From the IMG/VR virus record IMGVR_UViG_3300037067_017539: a stretch of 25,375 bases of DNA; one strand, given 5' to 3'. A program made the position numbers and the translations under genes. Source of the DNA: an uncultured virus (IMG/VR IMGVR_UViG_3300037067_017539) (Duplodnaviria > Heunggongvirae > Uroviricota > Caudoviricetes). Of the stretch, positions 14,078 to 24,257 are shown piece after piece (within the stretch, counting starts at the first letter, position 1; every line of letters starts with the position of its first letter). Under the pieces are notes generated by a model. The model saw only the letters and a list, made by a program, of their open reading frames with translations. It searched no databases and was not told the DNA's origin.

Positions 14078-17000
14078 ATGCCGGGAATTAGATTCAAAGT
14101 AGACGGTTCAGAAATGAAAAGTTCGATTGCGAATATGCGTCGAAATTTGACTGATCTCGGTGTAAGTGCGAAAATGACGGAAAAAGAAATTTCTGCATTG
14201 GATAAAAAGGTTGGGCAGACTGCCGAATTAGAACGAAGACGCGGGGCCTTTGACAAACTTACAAAAAGCCTTGGGTTAAGCGGTATTGAAGCCGAACTTT
14301 TTGCTAAAAAATATAATATAAGCCTTGGTAAAGCCGCCAAAGACAAATCCATTGAACAGATGAATTATGACCTTAAAACGTTAGGAATAACATCAAAGGT
14401 TACCGGAAACCAATTGGCTTCGTTTGAGAAAAAAATATCAAGAACAACCGTTCTTGATAAAAAGAAAAATGCCTTTGAAAGTTTAACAAAGAGCATGGGC
14501 TTAAGTACAAAAGAATCAGAAAAGTTTGCAAAACAATTTGGCATTAATTTAAAAGATGCCGATAAAAGTTTGATGGGATATATTAAATCAATTAATGGGG
14601 TTACAAAAGCTATTGTTGGTTTGGCGGCTTCTTATGCTGCGTTAAAAGCATATCAATTTATCAAATCTTCCACGATGGATGCTGCTCGTTATCAAGTTCT
14701 TGGTTCCGTATTGGAAACGGTCGGGGCAAATGCAGGTAAAACAAGAGGAGAAATGAATTCTCTTGCGAAAGATGTGCAGGGAACGGGCATTTCCATGATT
14801 TCATCTCGTCAAGCGTTGATTCAAATGACGATTGCCGAACTTGATCTTACCAAAGCGACAGAATTGGCAAGACTCGCTCAGCATGCGGCGGTTGTCGGCC
14901 AAATTAATTCTTCTGAAGCATTCCAAAATCTTGTTCGCGGCATTCAATCTGGCCAAACCGAAATTTTAAAAACAATGGGTATAAATGTCAATTTTGATCG
15001 TGGATATAAAAAATTGGCACAAACATTAAAAAAGACAACGGCAGATTTAACCGAACAAGAAAAAGTAATAAGTCGTATGAATACAGTTTTGGCAGAAGGC
15101 GCAATGAGGGCCGGAATATATGAAGCTGCTATGGGCGATGTTGGTAAAAAAATTAGTTCTCTGCCAAGATATGTCGAAGATCTTAAAGTAACCATTGGCG
15201 AACCATTTTTGCCGGGGTTGAATTTATTGGTCGATCAAGTAACATTATCCTTAAAGGATTTGAAAAAAGAAGCTGAAGACCCTGCCTTGCAAGCTTCGAT
15301 TCTTGCGATAAGCGGCTTGTTTTTTGATTTGGCAACTGCGGCGGTAAAATTAACAGCAAGCGGTCTGGATGAATTTTTATTTCCATTTATTTTTACCGGC
15401 AAAGTTATTGCTACAATTTTTTATGAAGTTCATGCTGCTCTTAATTTGGTTCAAACGGCAATCCTAAAAACAATCGATCTTGCTGCAAGAGGGGCATTAA
15501 AACTTGCAAAGTTTTCCGGGAATAAAAAATTAATTGGTTGGGCAGAAACTAGGGTAAAAAAAACCGGAGAAGTTTCAAAGGAAGTTTGGAACCAAACAAA
15601 AGAATCCGTTCGAAAGGGAATTGGCGTTTGGAATGAAGATTATCAACTACAAAAAGCAAAAGTAAAAAAGGGGCCACAATATTTTAAGGTTCCGGACGAT
15701 ACTGCTGGAGAAGCTGCAACTGCGTCCGATATAGCTGCAATAAAAAAAGCACAAGACGTTATTGATGGCTTAAAATTTGAGTATGCAAACCTTAGTCGTA
15801 ACGCAACACAGCAAGAAATTTACAATCAATTAAAATCTGCTGGTATTGCAATCAATACGAAAAAGGGCAAATCAATATCTGATTTAGTTGTTAAAATAAA
15901 CGAAGAAAAACTCGCCCAACAAGAAGCCCTTACAAATGAAGAATTTGCAAATAACAGAAAAATAAAATCTGTTGAAGATTGGGTTGCCGATTCGGAACGC
16001 TTATTAAATCAGCATTCCGATGATTTGAAAAAAGCGGGGGTTTATCAAGGCATTATTGATGAAGATGTAAAAAAACAACGGCTTGCAAACCTCAACACAT
16101 GGCATGAAAAACAAAAAAATATCGTAATTTTAGAAGTTGCTCTTGAGAAGAAAAAAAGCAAGGGGGCAATTGATGAAGCTGGCTTAACAAATCGCAAGTT
16201 GGCTGAACTGGAAGATTCCCGGCTTGAAAAAGAAAAAGCAATCAATCGGGAATCTGTTGGTGATTTTAAAACAACCACAGAAACCAAAAGAGCGGCATTA
16301 CTTAATCTTTATAGAAGCGTGGGTGATTATTCTGCCGCTTGGAGAGAAGCCGAATTTGCCGACTTGCAAATAAAAGCAAACGCCTTGTTAAATCAACTTG
16401 GCGATACACCTGAAAACAGAGCTTTGGTCGGAAAACAAATTGGTCAACAAACAAGAGAGATTGAAGAAAAACCAAAGGCGGCCGCTGATACAGAAAAACT
16501 GATTGGGCTTCGTAAAGACCTTGTAAAAATTGATATGGATGAACTTTCATATCAACAAGGCGTTGAACAGCTTGCAAAAAACAGACTTAATATTTATGAA
16601 CAGCAATATAAAATAGAATCAGATAAACTTGACCGAATGGCCCATGGCATAGGGGCAACCGCCGAGGAAACTTCGGCTTATAACAGTCAGGCTGAAGCTT
16701 TATCAAATATCAACAAAGAGCTTCTGGAACAAAAGCAACTTCTCCGGGATAGAACGGCACAGGGCGGAGCAATGAAGGCGCTCCGAGATTATTCAAATGA
16801 GGCCGGCAATCTTGGGGCACAGGTTGGAGAAGTTTTTACCCAAACGTTTACGGCGCTTGAAGATAAATTGGTTGAATTTTGCCATACAGGAAAAATGTCT
16901 TTTACTGATTTGGTTGATTCTATTTCTGCCGATATTTTAAAACTTATGATAAAAACTCAAATAACGGCTCCATTGGCGAATTGGCTTACCGGTGGCTCTG

Positions 17001-17464
17001 GTGGCGGAGGCGGATTAATAGGAAGCTTGATTGGTGTGGGAACCAGTTTTCTTGGGGGCGGTGGGGCGATTGCTGGCTTATATGGGGCTCAATATCAATC
17101 CACAGGAGTTCATCATACAGGGATTGGGCCGGGTGAAAAAGCCAAGTCTTATCGTATGATGCCGGCAGGGGCGTTTGATAACGCTCCAAGATTCCATTCC
17201 GGTGTTGGGCCAAATGAACGCAAAGCTATTATCGAAAAAACAGAGGGGGTTTTTACATCTGGTCAAATGGGTGCAATGGCTCCAGTTTCTTCGATCATGG
17301 ATGCAATGAAAAAGGCAGGTGGAAATAATAAAACGGGTGACATTTCTATTTCTATTCCTGTGACGGTAACTGGCAATGGTAACGGGGGAATGAATATTGC
17401 TGCCATGAAAAAAGATATTGAAGAAACCGTAATTTCAGTGGTAAGGAAATATGCCGATGCCTAA
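14078..17464 (+). CDS. Tail tape measure protein
   Basis: 1128 aa, helical and Ala/Lys-rich, after the G/GT chaperones. C-terminal lambda-H-like block (FTALEDKLVEFC.TGK.SF.DLVDSI.ADI), Gly-rich segment and H.G motifs. RBS AGGAG. Confidence 0.95.
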   Translation: MPGIRFKVDGSEMKSSIANMRRNLTDLGVSAKMTEKEISALDKKVGQTAELERRRGAFDKLTKSLGLSGIEAELFAKKYNISLGKAAKDKSIEQMNYDLKTLGITSKVTGNQLASFEKKISRTTVLDKKKNAFESLTKSMGLSTKESEKFAKQFGINLKDADKSLMGYIKSINGVTKAIVGLAASYAALKAYQFIKSSTMDAARYQVLGSVLETVGANAGKTRGEMNSLAKDVQGTGISMISSRQALIQMTIAELDLTKATELARLAQHAAVVGQINSSEAFQNLVRGIQSGQTEILKTMGINVNFDRGYKKLAQTLKKTTADLTEQEKVISRMNTVLAEGAMRAGIYEAAMGDVGKKISSLPRYVEDLKVTIGEPFLPGLNLLVDQVTLSLKDLKKEAEDPALQASILAISGLFFDLATAAVKLTASGLDEFLFPFIFTGKVIATIFYEVHAALNLVQTAILKTIDLAARGALKLAKFSGNKKLIGWAETRVKKTGEVSKEVWNQTKESVRKGIGVWNEDYQLQKAKVKKGPQYFKVPDDTAGEAATASDIAAIKKAQDVIDGLKFEYANLSRNATQQEIYNQLKSAGIAINTKKGKSISDLVVKINEEKLAQQEALTNEEFANNRKIKSVEDWVADSERLLNQHSDDLKKAGVYQGIIDEDVKKQRLANLNTWHEKQKNIVILEVALEKKKSKGAIDEAGLTNRKLAELEDSRLEKEKAINRESVGDFKTTTETKRAALLNLYRSVGDYSAAWREAEFADLQIKANALLNQLGDTPENRALVGKQIGQQTREIEEKPKAAADTEKLIGLRKDLVKIDMDELSYQQGVEQLAKNRLNIYEQQYKIESDKLDRMAHGIGATAEETSAYNSQAEALSNINKELLEQKQLLRDRTAQGGAMKALRDYSNEAGNLGAQVGEVFTQTFTALEDKLVEFCHTGKMSFTDLVDSISADILKLMIKTQITAPLANWLTGGSGGGGGLIGSLIGVGTSFLGGGGAIAGLYGAQYQSTGVHHTGIGPGEKAKSYRMMPAGAFDNAPRFHSGVGPNERKAIIEKTEGVFTSGQMGAMAPVSSIMDAMKKAGGNNKTGDISISIPVTVTGNGNGGMNIAAMKKDIEETVISVVRKYADA

Positions 17465-17828
17465 AATGAGCCTTGGTGCATATACGTTTTTAAAAAATCC
17501 GTCTGACATGACGTTTCTACAAAAGCCGAGAATTAACTCTTCTGCAGAAACGTACACTTCTGTCGCCGTTTTTGATTGGGGTGTGAATTGGGCCGGTAAA
17601 AAAATAAAATTAACATGGGGATATATTTCAACGGTTCAATATGCGTCTATGGCTTCAATTTATGAGGCTGGTTCCATAGTTATTTTTGATCCACAAGATG
17701 GTGAATCCCATACATTTAATGTCAAGGTTCAAAATTTAAATTGCAATTATCATCTCCAACTTACAAATACCACTCGAAAGTTTCGGAAAAATGTTGAACT
17801 TGATTTATTGATAATTGGCGAGGTTTAA
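17457..17828 (+). CDS. Distal tail (Dit-like) protein
   Basis: Small beta-rich ORF overlapping the TMP end. I.LTW..I and F.PQDG patterns. ATG 17457 is better spaced from the TAAGGA RBS than 17451. Confidence 0.65.
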   Translation: MPKMSLGAYTFLKNPSDMTFLQKPRINSSAETYTSVAVFDWGVNWAGKKIKLTWGYISTVQYASMASIYEAGSIVIFDPQDGESHTFNVKVQNLNCNYHLQLTNTTRKFRKNVELDLLIIGEV

Positions 17829-17831
17829 AAT

Positions 17832-20800
17832 ATGCAAACGTTAGCCACAGCATTTCAAACAACAATGGACGGTGTTAATAGACACCCGATTATTGATATA
17901 GTAGCAAGGTCGGCAGAAAACACAATACCGTTTGAAGGGAGTTTGTTAACTTCTGAAGAAATTTATGAAAAATATCCCAATATAATTTCCCATTCTTCTG
18001 GGCGGCTTTGTATTGCTTATCTTTACGGGCCTGATTCAGAAAATGAATATTATCTAAAATATGTTTATACAGATGTTGATAGAACGTACTTTACAACCGT
18101 TTCTTTTTTAATAAGTATTTCAAATTATACCGCTATCGGTGTTGATATTTGTGAAATGACAGATGGGAATATAGGATTGGTTTATATTGAAGATGACGAT
18201 GGAACAAACAATTATATATTAAAACAAAAAATATTGACGGCTGAAGGTGTTGAAATATCATCTGCAACTATTGATTCTTGGAACCATGATATTTTTACAT
18301 CTGGCCCAACTGTTTGTAGAGAAACATTAACTGATGAATATATAATTGCATATTCTAAGATTAATGCTGGCAATTATTATTTATATAAACGGACTTCAAG
18401 CGACTTTGTAACGTGGAGTGCTGAAACAGCCTTAAGTATTGCCGGATTAACAACAACACAAAAAATTTCCGATCCATTTATTTATTCAGCTGAAGCATCG
18501 AGCAATGATTTATTTTTATTTTTTTCGGTTGTGGAAGATATCGGGCCAAATGGAGAAATACTTTCCAATATTTATTATTCTTTATCAACTGACGGCGGTT
18601 TGAACTGGGCCGAGGCTATAAAAATTACATCATACATACAATATGGAACGATTGGACTTCACCCTACATTTTGCGAAAAAGAAGACGGTTCAGGGTACTT
18701 TGCTTTTGATGAAAAAAAAGCTTCCCAAACGATGGATAGTTATTCTGATGGTTGGCCAATTGATTCGGGGTCTGATCCTTCAAATATACATTTTGATTCG
18801 GTTAACAGGAAGCTTTATTGTGTCAATGCTTATAAAGGGGCCGGAACAAAGGCCCTTCAATCGGTTGTAAAAATTGATGTTGATACATGGTCTATTGATA
18901 ACTATTGGACAACAACTTCTACACCACATTTGGATGATTATTTTGATGATTTTCATTTATGGTTGAAATTAGATCAAGGTGCCGGGCAATATGTTCCTTT
19001 ATCTATAATGGGTGATTATTTTTGTCAATTAATTGATGGTGAATCTGATACGATAACAACATATGCCTTTGAAGATATACCAGCTTATGAAATTACTGCA
19101 AATGTAACTGGTTGGGATAGTGCTTATGAAGGGATTGTATCTACATTTGTAGACCTTACAAACAATAGGTTGTGGTTTTTATTTATCGACTCTTATGTTT
19201 GGCACCCAAGATTACAGGTTGGTTATATTTCTCTTGATGATTCTGGGCCGACATATACTTTTGTTCAGGTTGTTACTGATACTGATATGGAACAAACTGA
19301 AATAACTTCATCATATAAAAGTGACTTTAAGGTTTATCCTGAAGCAGACATGATAATTATCGGTTTTAATTATACTGGCGTTTCAAGTTGGCAAAGACCC
19401 CTTTGCATTTACAATTTAACCAGTGGTGCCAGAGTAAAAAAATACACAAGGAATGTTTATTCATCTTTTCCACAATTTGGCCTTAATAGGGTGATTTATA
19501 AAAATGGAAAAGTTTATGGCGGGATCACGTATTACGATCTTTATGGGCAGGAAAATATCCGTGGTTTATGTGAAGTTGACATAACGACAGACGTTATTCG
19601 ATACCACAGGCCAACTTTCGCTTCTGTGAATAATTATGGTTTTGGTGATATGGTGGCTACAGATAACAATAAACTTTTAATTGCATCAACACTTTATGGC
19701 GTTGCCGAATTTGATTTATTATCTGAAAAATGGATTGAATATAGTAACAACACAATATCAGGTTTAACTCCAAAAGCGTCGGACAGATTTTATTTGATTG
19801 ATTACGACGAAGAAAATGATTTTATTTTTGCTGGTGTAGGTGATGAATATTCTTATCCATGGGCCGGTTGGGTTATGTTTTCTGGCGATGGGTATTTTCT
19901 TCAAACACAATATGCAATTGCAACAAAAACAGTCGGCTGGTCATTTGGCGAATCAACTCCGTTGGTACGTGGGTTATCTGACTATAATAGCGTGGTTGTT
20001 TGTGATCCTGAAACAAAAGAACTTTATGCATTTTGGACAAATGAAAATAACGATGAACTTTCAATAAAGTGGGCAAAGGATGAAGGGGAATTTTCGTTAA
20101 ATGATTATCTTATTCGTGGACAGGCAATTACTGTTTCGAGATCGGTAGACGGAAGCAACAATTCCATCCAATTTTCTGTATCAGATGGTCATTTGTTTGA
20201 TCCATTTAATATGGCTTCAACATTGAGAAATATTTTAAATAAAGGGCGCTTGTTGGTTGTAAAATTTGGCGAAGTTGTTGATGATATTTCATACTGGCAA
20301 AATATTGGAACTTTTTATATCACTTCAAAAAGGGCGTCTGGTTATAAAAAGGGACAATATCCGACAATGACTATAACTGGTGAAGATTTGCGATATATAT
20401 GGAAAGATAAAGAAATTGTTGCAACAAATTTTTATGATACGATTGATCCGGACGAAATAATTTCTGATTTAATAACAGATTGGACACCCCTTGAACTTAC
20501 TGATTTAGACCTTGAAGAATTTGATGATGCAGTTCAATTGAATATGCAATGGACGAATACCGTATTATTTGATTGTATTCAACAAGTTTGCGAACGATTT
20601 AGTTATTTCTTAAAAGTTACTGGTGATAATAAAATAACGAATAAAAAAATTGCAATTGATAACGCTGTAACCCATACATATTTAAATTCGGATCAAATTT
20701 TATCAATAAATCTTGATGATTCATTTAGTGACTTCACAAACCGTATAGTTGTTGAAGGGCAAGAACGGGACTATATCGAAGTTCTTTATGATGAAGAAAT

Positions 20801-21569
20801 GGTTGGTGCCCTTAATGGAACAGTTGGTTGGTGGGGCTTTAAAAAAGATTATAAAATTTATTATTCAGAAGATCAAAGTAGAAGGTGCCAAAACCCGAGG
20901 TTAAGTGTTCTTGAATCTGCAACTTCTATCGGTTTTAAACTGGCTGGCAACATAACAGAGAGTTTAACCGATACTACTGAACAATATTGTACAATAACCG
21001 TTTCTGCTCCATCTTTGGTTCCATATTTAATCGGTTTAATTGCTTTAAAACTTGCTTCCGGCATGATTGGCGACCTTGTAATTGGTGGCTTCGGGGGCGG
21101 GTGGACGCGTCCAATCGGCACTTATATTACAAATTTTGCATCGGTTGGAATAATGTTGGTGTTGGGTGCCAGTGGGAACTTTCAATATGAAGTTTATGCG
21201 AATCCAATTGGAGAAGTAAAACGATCTGTAGAAGGTGAAGCTAATGACCTTACATTTCAAACTCGGATTGGTTATGTTGTTGAAAAAAGAATGGAAGACC
21301 CGTTTTGCTATTCTGTTTCTGAATGTTCCAAAAGAGCTCAAAGAGAATTGGATGTTGTGATGGCACAAAGGAACAGAATCACCATTGAAAAAATTACACA
21401 TTTACAAGACGAAGAAGGCGACACGATTCTTTTTGTTCACCCAATAAGCGGTCAAAATCTAAGGGTATTTGTTACCGATTTAACCAGAAGTTACACAATT
21501 CCAAGTTTAGAACAAACTGGTGATTCTCCAAGCTGCATAGATAATATTGAAGGATGGGTGATAGAATGA
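17832..21569 (+). CDS. Large tail-tip/baseplate hub protein with Asp-box beta-propeller domains
   Basis: Follows Dit. Asp-box/BNR motifs TSSDFVTW and STDGGLNW. C-terminal hub-like region (IGTFYI, ITGEDL, FTNRIVVEG). Confidence 0.75.
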   Translation: MQTLATAFQTTMDGVNRHPIIDIVARSAENTIPFEGSLLTSEEIYEKYPNIISHSSGRLCIAYLYGPDSENEYYLKYVYTDVDRTYFTTVSFLISISNYTAIGVDICEMTDGNIGLVYIEDDDGTNNYILKQKILTAEGVEISSATIDSWNHDIFTSGPTVCRETLTDEYIIAYSKINAGNYYLYKRTSSDFVTWSAETALSIAGLTTTQKISDPFIYSAEASSNDLFLFFSVVEDIGPNGEILSNIYYSLSTDGGLNWAEAIKITSYIQYGTIGLHPTFCEKEDGSGYFAFDEKKASQTMDSYSDGWPIDSGSDPSNIHFDSVNRKLYCVNAYKGAGTKALQSVVKIDVDTWSIDNYWTTTSTPHLDDYFDDFHLWLKLDQGAGQYVPLSIMGDYFCQLIDGESDTITTYAFEDIPAYEITANVTGWDSAYEGIVSTFVDLTNNRLWFLFIDSYVWHPRLQVGYISLDDSGPTYTFVQVVTDTDMEQTEITSSYKSDFKVYPEADMIIIGFNYTGVSSWQRPLCIYNLTSGARVKKYTRNVYSSFPQFGLNRVIYKNGKVYGGITYYDLYGQENIRGLCEVDITTDVIRYHRPTFASVNNYGFGDMVATDNNKLLIASTLYGVAEFDLLSEKWIEYSNNTISGLTPKASDRFYLIDYDEENDFIFAGVGDEYSYPWAGWVMFSGDGYFLQTQYAIATKTVGWSFGESTPLVRGLSDYNSVVVCDPETKELYAFWTNENNDELSIKWAKDEGEFSLNDYLIRGQAITVSRSVDGSNNSIQFSVSDGHLFDPFNMASTLRNILNKGRLLVVKFGEVVDDISYWQNIGTFYITSKRASGYKKGQYPTMTITGEDLRYIWKDKEIVATNFYDTIDPDEIISDLITDWTPLELTDLDLEEFDDAVQLNMQWTNTVLFDCIQQVCERFSYFLKVTGDNKITNKKIAIDNAVTHTYLNSDQILSINLDDSFSDFTNRIVVEGQERDYIEVLYDEEMVGALNGTVGWWGFKKDYKIYYSEDQSRRCQNPRLSVLESATSIGFKLAGNITESLTDTTEQYCTITVSAPSLVPYLIGLIALKLASGMIGDLVIGGFGGGWTRPIGTYITNFASVGIMLVLGASGNFQYEVYANPIGEVKRSVEGEANDLTFQTRIGYVVEKRMEDPFCYSVSECSKRAQRELDVVMAQRNRITIEKITHLQDEEGDTILFVHPISGQNLRVFVTDLTRSYTIPSLEQTGDSPSCIDNIEGWVIE

Positions 21570-22654
21570 GATTTTACGGTAAAAAATTCTTAAGCAATAA
21601 AACGCTTAAGCAGATTCAGGCCCATAGAGAAACCAGAGACGCAATCGTATGGAGTGTTGACCCTGTTAATAAAATTGCATTTGTTAGAATACAAGGGTCT
21701 TCAACAAATATTGTTGCAAGATACCCCGAAAATTGGGAGCAGACTCCAGTATGGTTGAAGCCGGGCAATGCGGTAAAAATTAATTTTACTGGTGGCGATA
21801 GGGGAAGAGTCGAACTTATTGGGCATGGTTTTTTAATACCGACACCAACTGATGATACTGCAGCGCAACCAGACCCGCAAGTCGTCGATGATGCTCCATT
21901 AACAGGAATGTTAGTTTACCCTATACCGTTAAATCAAAGAATGGCCGTAATGGTAAAGGTTGGCACATTTAGAATTGGTGGTTCTACGTATACTCTTGGG
22001 CCAATCGCAATGGATCAATATGATGATTGGTATATGAATGATGGTGGCACAATAGGTCAAGTTGCAGCTATTATAGATATTGATCCACCGGAAGGGTATT
22101 ACCGTCACGATTGGATTGTTGTTGGGCCTGATTTAGTTGTTGATTATATAAAAGGAGTTCCTTTTACAACGACTCCGGTAGACCCAACTTTGCCTACCGG
22201 GCATATTTTTTTAAATCAGATTTTTGTTTATCCCGGCATGACGAAAGTTGGATATTCTGATATTGGCCAATCGTTTGCCGAACCAATGGCTTCAGGACTT
22301 TTGGTAACAATCACAAACGATGAACTTGAGTGGTTGGATACTTCCACAACAATTAAGGTTCAAGTTATTGATCAGTATGGCAGCGTTTTTAATCTGTCTG
22401 GCGGCTGTTATTGTGTTATGAAGATGTTACTCGGAAATGGAACTATCGGTGGCACAGACGCAACAACGTCAACGATCGGAGTGGGGGTTGGCAGTTATGT
22501 TTATTCCGGTTCTTATGCAAACTTTACATATACCAGAGGCGGTGGTATTGATGATGAATCGCCAATTTTACAAATTGAAATGCAAAATGCAACTGCTCCG
22601 GTATCAACGATAATTAGGATTACGCTTCTTAATGAAGAAGGAGACCCGATGTAA
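21566..22654 (+). CDS. Tail-tip protein with N-terminal OB-fold-like (spike-type) domain
   Basis: ATGA overlap with the hub stop suggests a start at 21566. A.V.SVD......VRIQG....LKPG..V.I pattern. Beta-rich C-terminus. Confidence 0.55.
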   Translation: MRFYGKKFLSNKTLKQIQAHRETRDAIVWSVDPVNKIAFVRIQGSSTNIVARYPENWEQTPVWLKPGNAVKINFTGGDRGRVELIGHGFLIPTPTDDTAAQPDPQVVDDAPLTGMLVYPIPLNQRMAVMVKVGTFRIGGSTYTLGPIAMDQYDDWYMNDGGTIGQVAAIIDIDPPEGYYRHDWIVVGPDLVVDYIKGVPFTTTPVDPTLPTGHIFLNQIFVYPGMTKVGYSDIGQSFAEPMASGLLVTITNDELEWLDTSTTIKVQVIDQYGSVFNLSGGCYCVMKMLLGNGTIGGTDATTSTIGVGVGSYVYSGSYANFTYTRGGGIDDESPILQIEMQNATAPVSTIIRITLLNEEGDPM

Positions 22655-22896
22655 TGACAACTATTGATGAACAAAAAAAAGCCATTTTTGATAAATTGGT
22701 AGGTGATCCCAACTGGTTAAAAACTTTACTTGTTGATATTTTATTGGAACAGCAAAAATTGAATTCTTTTTTTGCAAAAAAAATAAAATCAGAAATAAAA
22801 CATCAACAAGACGCGGACATTAAAATGAAACAATTAGAAAGTTTAATTCCGCCTGAATACAAAGCAATGCTTGGGCCTTTATTGAACATAAAATAA
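22654..22896 (+). CDS. Hypothetical helical protein
   Basis: 80 aa, TAATG-coupled to the previous gene. Confidence 0.65.
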   Translation: MTTIDEQKKAIFDKLVGDPNWLKTLLVDILLEQQKLNSFFAKKIKSEIKHQQDADIKMKQLESLIPPEYKAMLGPLLNIK

Positions 22897-22908
22897 TCGG
22901 AGGAGAAA

Positions 22909-23670
22909 ATGGGATATAATTTTCATACGCCTTGGGATGCTTCAACCGTTTTTTCGTATCCGATAATGAATGTTTTGCCTGCCGGGTTAGATAGGGCCAT
23001 TACATACTTAAAAAATGTAATGGTGAGTTGCAATGGCGCAATCACATACAACAAGGCAACCGGGGCCTTAAGCTGGTCGGCACCAATTCAAATAATGTTT
23101 AATACTGCGGCGGGGCTTTCGGTTTATAACGAAATTGCGGCGGGGTCTGTAACATTAACTGACGGTAAGTTTGTTTATGTAGATTTATCGGAGACCAATG
23201 CCGCTACAGTGAGCGCTGCGACGGCAACCTTCACAGGGGCCGGAGCTTCTAATTTTATAGCCTATAATCGTCTTGTGTTGGCTTATCGGAACACGACGAG
23301 CGATAATGTTTATTCGGTTGCGTTGCATCCACAATTAAATGATCCTGCAAAAATAGTTCAGGTTTTAACTTGTGCTAATAATGTAACCATTGATTGGTCG
23401 GCTGGGCATACAGCGGAAATCACACTTGATAGGGTATTAACAACCTTTACTTTTTCTGGTATTGTTTCCCCAACTGCAAGGTTAATTTTAATAGTTAAGC
23501 AATATGCAGGGGTTGGAGCGGTTGCCTTTGGTGCTGAAGCAAGAGCGGGTTCTGACCTTTCATTACCACCAACTTTATCGGCAATTACAGGTAAAGAAGA
23601 TTATTTGGGCTTTATTTATCGGTCAAACGTTGCAAAATACGATTTTGTCGCTTTCACAAGGGGCTTTTAA
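22909..23670 (+). CDS. Tail fibre/baseplate-associated structural protein
   Basis: RBS GGAGGAG. C-terminal TIDWS.G....ITL....TFTFS...L.LIVKQ...PTLS...GK.DYLGF.Y domain seen in phage tail fibres. Confidence 0.65.
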   Translation: MGYNFHTPWDASTVFSYPIMNVLPAGLDRAITYLKNVMVSCNGAITYNKATGALSWSAPIQIMFNTAAGLSVYNEIAAGSVTLTDGKFVYVDLSETNAATVSAATATFTGAGASNFIAYNRLVLAYRNTTSDNVYSVALHPQLNDPAKIVQVLTCANNVTIDWSAGHTAEITLDRVLTTFTFSGIVSPTARLILIVKQYAGVGAVAFGAEARAGSDLSLPPTLSAITGKEDYLGFIYRSNVAKYDFVAFTRGF

Positions 23671-23697
23671 CATCAAAGAAATAAGGAGAGTGTAATT

Positions 23698-24204
23698 ATG
23701 GCCGCAACAATGCAAATACATGAAATGAGTGCTTTAACTACAGGAACCGATAAAACTTCCGGGACAGTTCGATTTAAAGACGCAGATAATGCAGTGGTAG
23801 ACACGGCAAATCCGCTCGTAATTCCTTCTGTCGGTTCAATTCAAAGCTACACGAAAAAAGTTCGGGCTTATATGGAAGCTCCTCCAACAACCAGTATTTC
23901 CAATCTTCGTTGGTATTCAGATGGTGCAAGTGGATTCGGAACTGGAGTTTCTGTATCGGCAAAAAACATCGGCGTAACGTGGGCCGCAAACGCAACAACA
24001 AAACAAGTCGGAGGAGCAGATTTATTTAGTTATACTTCAGCGGCTCCACTTGATGGCGATACCACAGACACAGGGCCTTTTGCCCCTGCCGATGATGATT
24101 CCTATATTGGAGACTTGATTGAAATGCAGATGTTTGTTTATTCTACAGCTTCACAGGGCGCTTTAACTCCGGAAACGTTAACTTTCAGTTACGATGAAGT
24201 CTAA
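23698..24204 (+). CDS. Virion structural protein (beta-sandwich, Ser/Thr-rich)
   Basis: RBS AAGGAG. P..IP......SY.K..R and terminal ETLTFSYDE motifs. Tail-region position. Confidence 0.6.
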   Translation: MAATMQIHEMSALTTGTDKTSGTVRFKDADNAVVDTANPLVIPSVGSIQSYTKKVRAYMEAPPTTSISNLRWYSDGASGFGTGVSVSAKNIGVTWAANATTKQVGGADLFSYTSAAPLDGDTTDTGPFAPADDDSYIGDLIEMQMFVYSTASQGALTPETLTFSYDEV

Positions 24205-24257
24205 GAAATAACAAATTGTTTTCATTAGATAAGGTTAATCTTTTACGGAAAATCAAA

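Noticed and set aside
257..24001. Numerous minus-strand and alternate-frame ORFs of 60-175 aa in the ORF track
   Set aside because: They overlap well-supported + strand genes, lack RBSs and recognisable motifs, and look like antisense shadows.
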